A stretch of 24,000 nt of DNA from Tamlana flava (GCF_041287255.1 NZ_JBGGTX010000002.1:44134-68133), one strand, 5' to 3'; positions 8,635-16,177 are shown, counted from the first letter of the stretch. Numbers and translations: made by a program. The notes: generated by a model not told the origin, from the letters alone.

Positions 8635-9789
8635 ATGTTTCCAAAAAAACTTCAGCGAAAACTAGACAACCGTAAAGTAGATAACGCCTTTCGAGAGCTT
8701 GGTACACCTTCTAATTTGGTAGATTTTTCATCCAATGATTATTTAGGGTTTTCAAAGTCCGAAAACATTTTTAAAATCGCACATCTGTTTTTAGTTGAGA
8801 ACAACATTAAACAAAATGGGGCAACAGGTTCACGATTGCTATCAGGCAACCATAATTTGTATCATTTGGTCGAAACCGAACTCTGCAGGTTTCACAATAG
8901 TAAAGCTGCCCTGATTTTTAATTCGGGCTATGATGCCAATATTGGTTTTTTTTCAAGTGTACCACAACGCGGTGATATTATTTTTTATGATGAATTGATA
9001 CATGCTTCTATTCGCGATGGAATTTCAATGAGCCATGCAAAATCATATAAATTCAAGCATAATGATTTAGAAGAATTGGAGAGAAAATGTCAGGTTGAGC
9101 GCAATCGAAGTCCATTGGAAACCAATATCTATATCGTTACAGAATCAGTATTTTCAATGGATGGTGATTCCCCCAATCTTACAAAACTTTCTGAACTATG
9201 CGAGAAACACCAAGCCTATTTGGTAGTTGATGAAGCCCATTCCGTTGGTGTTTTTGATAATAATAGGGCAGGGTTAATTCAACAGTTAAAACTTGAACAT
9301 GATGTTTTTGCACGAATCATAACTTTTGGAAAAGCCTTGGGATGCCATGGTGCCGCTATTTTAGGAGACGAAAGTTTAAAACAGTTTTTGGTGAATTTTT
9401 CACGTAGTTTTATTTACACTACGGCACTACCACCACACAGCTTGGCAACCATGTATTCAGCGTACAAAGAATTGTCAAAAACAAAGAAAATCAGTAAGCT
9501 TCAAGAAAACATTATATTCTTTAAAGTCGAAATAGCCCATAAAAATCTTAAAAACCTGTTTATCGAAAGTAATTCTGCTATTCATTGCTGCATTATTTCG
9601 GGTAATGAATATGTAAAAACCATAGCTAAAAAAATTCAAGAAAAAGGTTTTGATGTCAAACCCATTTTATCGCCTACCGTCCCCAAAGGCCAAGAACGAT
9701 TGCGCTTTTGTTTACATGCCTTTAATAGTAAAAAAGAAATTTCGGAAGTCTTGCAACTCTTAGCTAACTTTGCTGTTAAATTTGAATAG
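8635..9789 (+). CDS. bioF: 8-amino-7-oxononanoate synthase
   Basis: FSSNDYLG, DEAHSVG and the PLP-lysine motif TFGKALG are present, in a bio-cluster context. The ATG at 8635 (MFPKKLQ) is preferred over the TTG at 8620. Confidence 0.9.
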   Translation: MFPKKLQRKLDNRKVDNAFRELGTPSNLVDFSSNDYLGFSKSENIFKIAHLFLVENNIKQNGATGSRLLSGNHNLYHLVETELCRFHNSKAALIFNSGYDANIGFFSSVPQRGDIIFYDELIHASIRDGISMSHAKSYKFKHNDLEELERKCQVERNRSPLETNIYIVTESVFSMDGDSPNLTKLSELCEKHQAYLVVDEAHSVGVFDNNRAGLIQQLKLEHDVFARIITFGKALGCHGAAILGDESLKQFLVNFSRSFIYTTALPPHSLATMYSAYKELSKTKKISKLQENIIFFKVEIAHKNLKNLFIESNSAIHCCIISGNEYVKTIAKKIQEKGFDVKPILSPTVPKGQERLRFCLHAFNSKKEISEVLQLLANFAVKFE

Positions 9790-10170
9790 ATGATTGATAA
9801 TTACACCATTTTGGCTGTTTATGAATTTTCAACCGAGGCTCAATTAACAAAATTGAAGTTAGAATCGGAAAATATACGGACAATGTTGGCGGACGAAAAA
9901 ACCATTGATGCCGACCCTTTAATCAGTCAAGCCATAGGTGGTGTTAAGCTTCTTGTGCACAATTGTGACCTTGAAAGAGCCACAGAAATTTACAATGACA
10001 TAAGACTGTATCGCAAAGACAAGGATAATAACGATATTCATTGCCCAAATTGCCATTCAACAAAAATATTAACAGCCCCACCAAGCAACACAAATATTTT
10101 TTACATGCTTTTTCCTTTTTTTGAAAAGCTTAAATACCAGTGCAACAATTGTAAAATGATTTTTAAATGA
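9790..10170 (+). CDS. DUF2007-like (putative signal-transducing fold) protein with a C-terminal CxxC...CxxC zinc ribbon
   Basis: The N-terminal region (YTILAVYEFSTEAQLTKLKLESENI...GGVKLLVHNCDLERATEIY) resembles DUF2007. The C-terminus has CPNC and CNNC pairs. The start abuts the bioF stop (TAGATG) and the stop overlaps the bioD start (ATGA). Confidence 0.6.
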   Translation: MIDNYTILAVYEFSTEAQLTKLKLESENIRTMLADEKTIDADPLISQAIGGVKLLVHNCDLERATEIYNDIRLYRKDKDNNDIHCPNCHSTKILTAPPSNTNIFYMLFPFFEKLKYQCNNCKMIFK

Positions 10171-10775
10171 AAACCTATTTCATCACAGGAATCTCAACCG
10201 ATGTTGGCAAAACTATTGCCTCAGCCATTATAACCGAGGCCTTAGAAGCAGATTATTGGAAACCCGTTCAAGCGGGCGACTTGAACAATTGCGACACAAA
10301 AAAAGTAAAGGCTTTAGTTTCGAACACCAAATCAAAATTCCACCCTAACGCTTATGCTATGCAAACGCCAATGAGTCCGCATGCAGCTGCAAAAATTGAT
10401 GTGGTAAACATTGAGTTAAAAAACATCAAACCCCCGAAAACAAAAAATCATTTGGTCATTGAAGGTGCCGGGGGCCTGCTTGTTCCCTTAAATGACAAAC
10501 AAACAGTGTTCAATCTCGTTAAACCAGACTACAAAGTTATAGTTGTTTCACGGCATTATCTTGGAAGCATAAACCACACCCTTCTGACCACAAACGCCTT
10601 AAAAGAAAAAGGTTTTGATGTTTCAATTATCTTTAGCGGAAATGAGCACGAATCAACAGAGTCCATCATCAAAAAAATGACAAATGTACCCGTCATAGGG
10701 CGAATTGAAGAAGAACCTTATTTCGATAAAAACGTGATTAAAGAATACGCTGAAATGTTTAGAGAGCGCTTATGA
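10167..10775 (+). CDS. bioD: Dethiobiotin synthetase
   Basis: The P-loop GISTDVGKT, YWKPVQAGD and EGAGGLLVP are present, in a bio-cluster context. Confidence 0.93.
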   Translation: MKTYFITGISTDVGKTIASAIITEALEADYWKPVQAGDLNNCDTKKVKALVSNTKSKFHPNAYAMQTPMSPHAAAKIDVVNIELKNIKPPKTKNHLVIEGAGGLLVPLNDKQTVFNLVKPDYKVIVVSRHYLGSINHTLLTTNALKEKGFDVSIIFSGNEHESTESIIKKMTNVPVIGRIEEEPYFDKNVIKEYAEMFRERL

Positions 10776-12037
10776 GTTTGAACGAAAGAGATAAAAAACA
10801 CCTTTGGCACCCACTGACGCAGCATAAATTACATCCAGATGCTATTGCCATTACCAAAGCGAATGGATGCATCTTAACTGATGAAAACGGGAACGAATAC
10901 ATAGATGCGATAGCCTCATGGTACACCTGCATGTATGGGCATTGCAACCCATATATCACCAACAAAGTCATGGGGCAGATGCAACAACTGGATCAAGTGG
11001 TTTTTAGCGGGTTCACCCATGAGCCAGCCATTAAGTTAAGTGAAGAACTAATAAAAATACTACCTGATAATCAAAACAAAATATTCTTTAGTGACAACGG
11101 TTCAACTGCAGTTGAAATTGGTATTAAAATGGCTCTGCAATACCACTTTAACAGTGATGATAAAAAGGACACCTTAATTGCTTTTGAAGACGGATTTCAT
11201 GGTGACACCTTTGGGGCAATGAGTGTTTCAGGATTGTCCGTTTACAATGGCCCTTTTGAAGATTTCTTTTTAACCGTAAAACGGATTCCTGTGCCGAATG
11301 GAAAAAATCATGATGTCATTTTAAAAAACCTTCAAAGTTTGGCTTCAAAAAACAAAGTTGCTGGCTTTGTTTACGAGCCTTTGGTACAAGGGGCTGCAGC
11401 CATGAAAATGCATGATGTAGAGGGCTTGAACATGATATTGAAATTTTGTAAGGATCAAAATATTATCACCGTGGCAGACGAGGTTATGACAGGCTTTGGT
11501 AAAACAGGAAAACATTTCGCATCACTACATCTAGAAAGCCAACCCGATATTATTTGCTTAAGCAAAGCCTTAACTGGCGGATTATTGCCCATGGCGCTTA
11601 CAACCTGCTCCCAAAAAATTTATGCCGCTTTTTACAGTGATGATATTGGAAAAGGGCTCTTCCACGGGCACACCTATTCAGCCAATCCATTGGCTTGTAC
11701 AGCCGCACTGGCAAGTATTGAATTATTACAATCTGAAAACATACAGAGAAATATAACTAGAATTATAAAATCGCATGAAGCTTTCAACAAACGCATAAAA
11801 ATACATCCAAAGGTAAAAGAGACAAGACAAACGGGCGTTATTTTTGCCCTTGATCTAAATGTAGAAATGGAACGCTATGGGAACCTTCGTGATCAGCTTT
11901 TTAAATTCTTTATGGAAAACGGTGTGTTCTTGCGTCCATTAGGAAACACCATTTATATTCAGGCACCCTATTTGATTACTGAAGAACAATTGGAAAAAGT
12001 CTATCGGGTTATTGAAGAATCTTTATCAATAGTGTAA
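10772..12037 (+). CDS. bioA: Adenosylmethionine-8-amino-7-oxononanoate aminotransferase
   Basis: HLWHPLTQH, DEVMTGFGKTG and the PLP-lysine LSKALTGG are present. There is an ATGA overlap with bioD. Confidence 0.95.
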   Translation: MSLNERDKKHLWHPLTQHKLHPDAIAITKANGCILTDENGNEYIDAIASWYTCMYGHCNPYITNKVMGQMQQLDQVVFSGFTHEPAIKLSEELIKILPDNQNKIFFSDNGSTAVEIGIKMALQYHFNSDDKKDTLIAFEDGFHGDTFGAMSVSGLSVYNGPFEDFFLTVKRIPVPNGKNHDVILKNLQSLASKNKVAGFVYEPLVQGAAAMKMHDVEGLNMILKFCKDQNIITVADEVMTGFGKTGKHFASLHLESQPDIICLSKALTGGLLPMALTTCSQKIYAAFYSDDIGKGLFHGHTYSANPLACTAALASIELLQSENIQRNITRIIKSHEAFNKRIKIHPKVKETRQTGVIFALDLNVEMERYGNLRDQLFKFFMENGVFLRPLGNTIYIQAPYLITEEQLEKVYRVIEESLSIV

Positions 12038-12050
12038 ATTTGCAAATTTA
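12035..12050. repeat. Perfect 16-bp palindrome TAAATTTGCAAATTTA spanning the bioA stop codon; it reads as TAnnTTTG on both strands
   Basis: Read directly. The function is unknown. One possibility is an internal promoter for the KAS-like gene and bioB. A perfect 16-mer palindrome is not very improbable in 24 kb of AT-rich DNA. Confidence 0.5.
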
Positions 12051-12052
12051 AC

Positions 12053-12146
12053 GTTCAATCTGAACTCCTGTCTGGCGACATGCAGATGTTTCAGGTTCAC
12101 ATAAAAATTTATGAGATGCTGAAATAAATTCAGCATGACAAAAAAC
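12053..12146. repeat. REP-like hairpin cluster; the 3' unit (12114-12146) is a near-identical copy of 16082-16114
   Basis: GTTCA-ATC-TGAAC lies at 12053-12065 and an imperfect CTGAA...TTCAG hairpin at 12060-12094. An 8-bp stem ATGCTGAA / TTCAGCAT (12116-12136) sits within the 33-nt unit AGATGCTGAAAYAAATTCAGCATGACAWAAAAC. Confidence 0.75.
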
Positions 12147-13304
12147 ATGAACAACCCAATCTCGATAACAGCCATTGCATCTATTTCTCCACTTGGAAAA
12201 ACAACAGATGAAATTTGGAAAACCTACCAAAATAAAAGCCATTGCATTACTAAAAAAATGGTTTCAGGCAAAAATGTTCTGGTTGCCGAAATTTTCGAAG
12301 AAGCAAAAAAAGAGATTGAAAATTTAAAACAATCCGACAACAAATACAGGTCTCTGGATGACACCGTTTTATATGCCATCTATGCATCAAGACAAGCGGT
12401 AAAGCAGTCAGGTTGGACCGCAACCGATAATTTTGGAATCAACATTGGTTCATCACGTGGCGCAACGCAGCTTTTTGAAACCTATCATGAATCCTTTCTA
12501 AAAAACAATAAAGCCGAAACCCTAAGCTCCCCGACCACAACACTGGGTAATATTTCATCTTGGGTGGCACACGATTTACAAACTGAAGGCCCAGAAATCA
12601 GTCATTCCATAACTTGTTCTACAGCCTTGCATGCCATGCTAAACGGCATTGCATGGATAAACTCTAGTATTTGCAACAAATTTTTGGTTGGGGGCAGTGA
12701 AGCACCGATAACACCTTTCACTATTGCGCAAATGCAGGCTTTAAAGATTTACTCAAAAGAAAATCATAAATTTCCCTGTCGTGCACTAGATTTCAATAAA
12801 ACCAAAAACACCATGGTTTTAGGTGAGGGGGCATCAATGGCATGCCTTGAATCGGGAAGTCAAAGAAACGCTCTTGCTTTAATCAATGGTTTTGGTTTTG
12901 CAACGGAAATTTTAGAACACAATATTTCCATTTCGAGTGATGCTAAGTGTTTTCAAAAATCGATGCGTATGGCATTGGACAATATGAACCCAGACGATGT
13001 TGATATTATTGTTATGCATGCGCCAGGAACCATTAAAGGCGATACTTCAGAACACAAAGCTATTGAGGCCGTTTTTAAAACCAATGTTCCAGCTTTAACC
13101 TCCAATAAATGGAAAATTGGCCATACTTTTGGGGCATCGGGTGCCTTAAGTATCGAACTTGCGGTTTTAATGCTTCAATACCAAGAATTTATTGGTATTC
13201 CATATTTAAAACATCAAAAAGCACCAAAAAAAATCGAAAAAATCATGGTAAATGCTGTGGGCTTTGGCGGTAATGCCGTGAGCATTTTATTATCAAAAGC
13301 ATGA
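12135..13304 (+). CDS. Beta-ketoacyl-ACP synthase I/II-like condensing enzyme embedded in the biotin cluster
   Basis: The Cys-His-His triad is intact: ITCSTALHAM (Cys), MHAPGT (His) and KIGHTFGASG (His). The fold-typical end VNAVGFGGNAVSILL is present. The true start may be the second ATG at 12147, because the first ATG lies inside the REP stem. Confidence 0.85.
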   Translation: MTKNMNNPISITAIASISPLGKTTDEIWKTYQNKSHCITKKMVSGKNVLVAEIFEEAKKEIENLKQSDNKYRSLDDTVLYAIYASRQAVKQSGWTATDNFGINIGSSRGATQLFETYHESFLKNNKAETLSSPTTTLGNISSWVAHDLQTEGPEISHSITCSTALHAMLNGIAWINSSICNKFLVGGSEAPITPFTIAQMQALKIYSKENHKFPCRALDFNKTKNTMVLGEGASMACLESGSQRNALALINGFGFATEILEHNISISSDAKCFQKSMRMALDNMNPDDVDIIVMHAPGTIKGDTSEHKAIEAVFKTNVPALTSNKWKIGHTFGASGALSIELAVLMLQYQEFIGIPYLKHQKAPKKIEKIMVNAVGFGGNAVSILLSKA

Positions 13305-13323
13305 CCAATAATATTTTAATTAG

Positions 13324-13331
13324 TATTTTTG
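13324..13331 (+). promoter_or_regulatory. Candidate -7 box (TATTTTTG) ahead of bioB
   Basis: Exact TAnnTTTG match 22 nt upstream of the bioB ATG, in the 49-nt gap after the KAS-like gene. Confidence 0.35.
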
Positions 13332-13353
13332 ATTTTAACTAACCTGCAGATTA

Positions 13354-14448
13354 ATGAGCGCAATCAAACACAATTGGACTAAAGAGGAAATCCTTGATAT
13401 TTACAACAAACCTTTAATGGAACTGCTTTACGAAGCGGCAACAGCACACCGTTTGCACCACGACCCTAATACGGTGCAAGTTAGCACGTTGCTATCCATA
13501 AAAACTGGTGGCTGCCCAGAAGATTGTGGCTACTGCCCACAGGCAGCACGCTACCATACCGATATTGATGGCAACGATTTAATGAGCGTTCAGCAGGTAA
13601 AAGCCCAAGCTTTGCGCGCAAAATCCAGCGGAAGTTCTCGGGTTTGTATGGGTGCAGCTTGGCGGAATGTTAAAGACGGCGAAGAGTTTGATCAAGTATT
13701 GGAAATGGTTCGTACCATCAATAAATTGGACATGGAAGTGTGCTGTACCCTTGGTATGCTTACCGAAAACCAAGCCAAAAGATTAGCCGAAGCAGGTTTG
13801 TACGCCTACAACCATAATTTAGATTCTTCAGAGGAATATTATAAAGAAGTTATTTCCACCAGAGGTTTTAGCGATCGTTTGGAAACCATTGATAATGTTC
13901 GGAAAACCAATGTAACCGTCTGTAGTGGTGGTATTATTGGTATGGGCGAAAAAGTTGAAGATCGCGCCGAAATGTTGGTAGCGCTATCTACATTAAATCC
14001 CCAACCGGAATCGGTACCAATAAATGCTTTGGTTGCTGTTGAAGGCACTCCCCTTGAAGACCAAGAACCTATTTCTATTTGGGACATGGTGCGCATGGTG
14101 GCAACCACGAGAATTGTCATGCCCGAAACGCAAGTGCGCTTAAGTGCAGGCCGTACACAAATGACAAAAGAAGGCCAAGCCATGTGTTTCTTTGCAGGAG
14201 CGAATTCTATTTTTGCTGGGGATAAATTATTGACCACACCAAATCCTGATGTTAATGAGGACATGGAAATGTTCAAACTTTTGGGGTTAAATCCGCAAAA
14301 GCCTTTTATTAAAAAGATGCAGCCCAAAACGGTTGAAGCCCAGGACTCACAATATGAAGCTTTGGGGGAAAAACCGAAATGGAGTAGACCAGAGCACACC
14401 ATTGAGCGCAATGAAGCTGCAAAAGAAAAAGCGAAAATAGCTAAGTAA
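13354..14448 (+). CDS. bioB: Biotin synthase (radical SAM)
   Basis: The CPEDCGYCPQ radical-SAM cluster motif is present, together with MEVCCTLG, YNHNLD, VCSGGIIGMGE and SAGR. Confidence 0.97.
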   Translation: MSAIKHNWTKEEILDIYNKPLMELLYEAATAHRLHHDPNTVQVSTLLSIKTGGCPEDCGYCPQAARYHTDIDGNDLMSVQQVKAQALRAKSSGSSRVCMGAAWRNVKDGEEFDQVLEMVRTINKLDMEVCCTLGMLTENQAKRLAEAGLYAYNHNLDSSEEYYKEVISTRGFSDRLETIDNVRKTNVTVCSGGIIGMGEKVEDRAEMLVALSTLNPQPESVPINALVAVEGTPLEDQEPISIWDMVRMVATTRIVMPETQVRLSAGRTQMTKEGQAMCFFAGANSIFAGDKLLTTPNPDVNEDMEMFKLLGLNPQKPFIKKMQPKTVEAQDSQYEALGEKPKWSRPEHTIERNEAAKEKAKIAK

Positions 14449-14454
14449 ATCTTT

Positions 14455-14580
14455 TTGCGTTAAGGATTGCAGCCCTTCGGCTACGCTCAGGGTAAACTTA
14501 TAGCTTTTGGCAAGGCAAGAAGGATCAAGCTAAGACTAGTGGCGTAAAGTGTCATCTCCTAGGGTAGCACCATGACTATT
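14455..14580. other. Unassigned GC-enriched (about 47% by hand count) non-coding segment with several short inverted repeats
   Basis: No ORF is present. Short inverted repeats include CCCT..AGGG (14474-14493), TAGCTT..AAGCTA (14501-14532) and GTCAT..ATGAC (14551-14576). The composition is unlike the surrounding AT-rich spacers. It could be a REP-type remnant or a structured RNA. Confidence 0.3.
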
Positions 14581-14629
14581 TTAAATCTCATAACGTTTTA
14601 TTAACTTTAGCCCACTAAACTTTGAAGCG

Positions 14630-15490
14630 TTGTCGTTGAACTTACTGGATATTCCGCGGGTAAAAACCATTACCAAAGCCGATTTTTTAGAACATTATTT
14701 TAAACCACAAAAACCTGTGGTCATTGAGCGTTTTATTGAGGATTGGCCTGCTTACACCAAGTGGAATTTAGACTACATTAAGCAAGTTGCCAGAGATATT
14801 ACCATACCTCTTTACGACAACAGACCTGTTTATTATAAAGATGGTTTTAACGAGCCACACGCTAAAATGAAGCTGACCGATTATATTGATCTGTTAAAGC
14901 GGGAGCCCACCAAATACCGTATTTTTTTATGGAATGCCCTAAAGGAAATGCCATCTTTACAACAAGATTTTAAATTTCCTGATTTCGGGTTGCGCCTCAT
15001 TAAAAGCATCCCGATGTTGTTTTTTGGTGGTGAAGACTCTTATACCTTTATGCATTACGATATTGATTTGGCCAATATTTTTCATTTTCATTTTGAGGGC
15101 AAAAAGCGAATCATTTTGTTCGACCAAAATCAGAACAAGTATCTGTATAAAATTCCACATTCCTTAATCACCAGAGAGGATATTGATTTCAATAACCCTG
15201 ATTTTGAAAAATGGCCTATGCTAAAACAGGCCAACGGCTACCAAACAGAACTGAGCCATGGCGAGGTGTTATATATGCCCGAAGGTTATTGGCACTATAT
15301 GCGCTACATTACCCCAGGGTTTTCAATGAGTTTGCGCGCCATTGCGCGAAACCCAAAAAACTTTGGCAAAGCAGTTTACAATGTTTTTATTATGCGCAAT
15401 TTCGACAACATTATGAGGCGCATAAAAAAACAAAAATGGATTGACTGGAAAAACCAACAGGCCATCATCAATACACACAAGCATTTGTAG
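14630..15490 (+). CDS. JmjC/cupin-like 2OG-Fe(II) oxygenase family protein
   Basis: The cupin_8/JmjC-like layout starts with DFLEHYFKPQKPVVIERFIEDWPAYTKW. HxD occurs in FMHYDID and the distal His in EGYWHYM. The frame has no ATG before the conserved N-terminus, so the start is probably TTG at 14630 or 14636. Confidence 0.75.
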   Translation: MSLNLLDIPRVKTITKADFLEHYFKPQKPVVIERFIEDWPAYTKWNLDYIKQVARDITIPLYDNRPVYYKDGFNEPHAKMKLTDYIDLLKREPTKYRIFLWNALKEMPSLQQDFKFPDFGLRLIKSIPMLFFGGEDSYTFMHYDIDLANIFHFHFEGKKRIILFDQNQNKYLYKIPHSLITREDIDFNNPDFEKWPMLKQANGYQTELSHGEVLYMPEGYWHYMRYITPGFSMSLRAIARNPKNFGKAVYNVFIMRNFDNIMRRIKKQKWIDWKNQQAIINTHKHL

Positions 15491-15519
15491 TTTTTGTCTC
15501 TTTTTTATAAAACTTATAA

Positions 15520-15527
15520 TATATTTG
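15520..15527 (+). promoter_or_regulatory. Candidate -7 box (TATATTTG) for the small OMP gene
   Basis: Exact TAnnTTTG match 24 nt upstream of the ATG at 15552. Confidence 0.45.
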
Positions 15528-15551
15528 CCACTTAAATTTAAAACTCAAATC

Positions 15552-16067
15552 ATGAATAAATTTATTTTAGTGTTAGCCCTTTTGTGTGTTTCACTAGTTA
15601 GTTCGCAAGCATATGTTGGTAGTGGCGACAACAAATTTCAAGTGGGCGCCAATTTTCAAAATAACGGTACTGGACTTAATTTAAGTTTCGATTATGGTAT
15701 AGGTGAAAACATTTCTGTTGGTATTTCATCTACCTACCTGCTAGGTATTGACAATACCTTAAAAAACAATGCCGATGAGGCTTTAAATGCAGATTTTGAT
15801 AATCGTCTTGATGTTCGTGCCCGTTTTAACGCCAACTTAGGAAACGTTATAAATGTTGATGAAAATTTTGATGTTTACCCTGGTTTGAGTCTTGGACTGA
15901 AAAACTTTGGTGGCCATTTAGGTGCCCGTTACTTTTTTAGCGATGGCTTTGGTCTTTATACCGAATTAAACGTACCGTTTGCAAAATATAAAACAGGAAC
16001 ATTAACCCCTCCTGAAAAATTGCACAATCAGTTTACCATTAATTTAGGGGCTTCATTTAACTTGTAA
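15552..16067 (+). CDS. Small outer-membrane beta-barrel protein (signal peptide MNKFILVLALLCVSLVSSQA)
   Basis: It has a signal peptide, alternating Gly/aromatic beta-strand patterning and a C-terminal ...INLGASFNL. The track's longer ORF (from 15441) overlaps the preceding gene and precedes the promoter box. Confidence 0.65.
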   Translation: MNKFILVLALLCVSLVSSQAYVGSGDNKFQVGANFQNNGTGLNLSFDYGIGENISVGISSTYLLGIDNTLKNNADEALNADFDNRLDVRARFNANLGNVINVDENFDVYPGLSLGLKNFGGHLGARYFFSDGFGLYTELNVPFAKYKTGTLTPPEKLHNQFTINLGASFNL

Positions 16068-16081
16068 AAATGGTCATTTTA

Positions 16082-16114
16082 AGATGCTGAAACAAATTCA
16101 GCATGACATAAAAC
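16082..16114. repeat. REP-like hairpin unit, second copy of 12114-12146 (31/33 identical)
   Basis: The stem is ATGCTGAA (16084-16091) / TTCAGCAT (16097-16104) with a 5-nt loop. The flanks AG...GACA.AAAAC are shared with the other copy. Confidence 0.8.
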
Positions 16115-16116
16115 GT

Positions 16117-16157
16117 AAAAAGGCAGGTTTAACATATATTATAAACCTGCCTTTTTT
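16117..16157. terminator. Bidirectional rho-independent terminator between the OMP gene (+) and recX (-)
   Basis: 11-bp stem AGGCAGGTTTA (16121-16131) / TAAACCTGCCT (16142-16152), with an A-run upstream and a T-run downstream. Confidence 0.8.
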
Positions 16158-16177
16158 ATTTATTAAATCGACAATAT

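Noticed and set aside
12048-12242. 64-aa minus-strand ORF across the bioA/KAS spacer, and the 61-aa ORF at 16084-16269
   Set aside because: Both are created by the REP-like hairpin units (peptides HAEFISASH and MLKQIQHD). The second also runs antisense into recX. They are typical spurious repeat-derived ORFs.
13839-14411. 190-aa ORF antisense to bioB
   Set aside because: It lies wholly inside the strongly conserved bioB frame. Its translation is low-complexity with no recognisable motif. Long antisense ORFs are common opposite relatively GC-rich conserved genes.
15441-15551. N-terminal extension of the OMP ORF (the track start at 15441 overlaps the JmjC gene by 50 nt)
   Set aside because: The extension precedes the candidate -7 box (15520-15527). 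The internal ATG at 15552 gives a textbook signal peptide (MNKFILVLALLCVSLVSSQA). The extension sequence is not protein-like.
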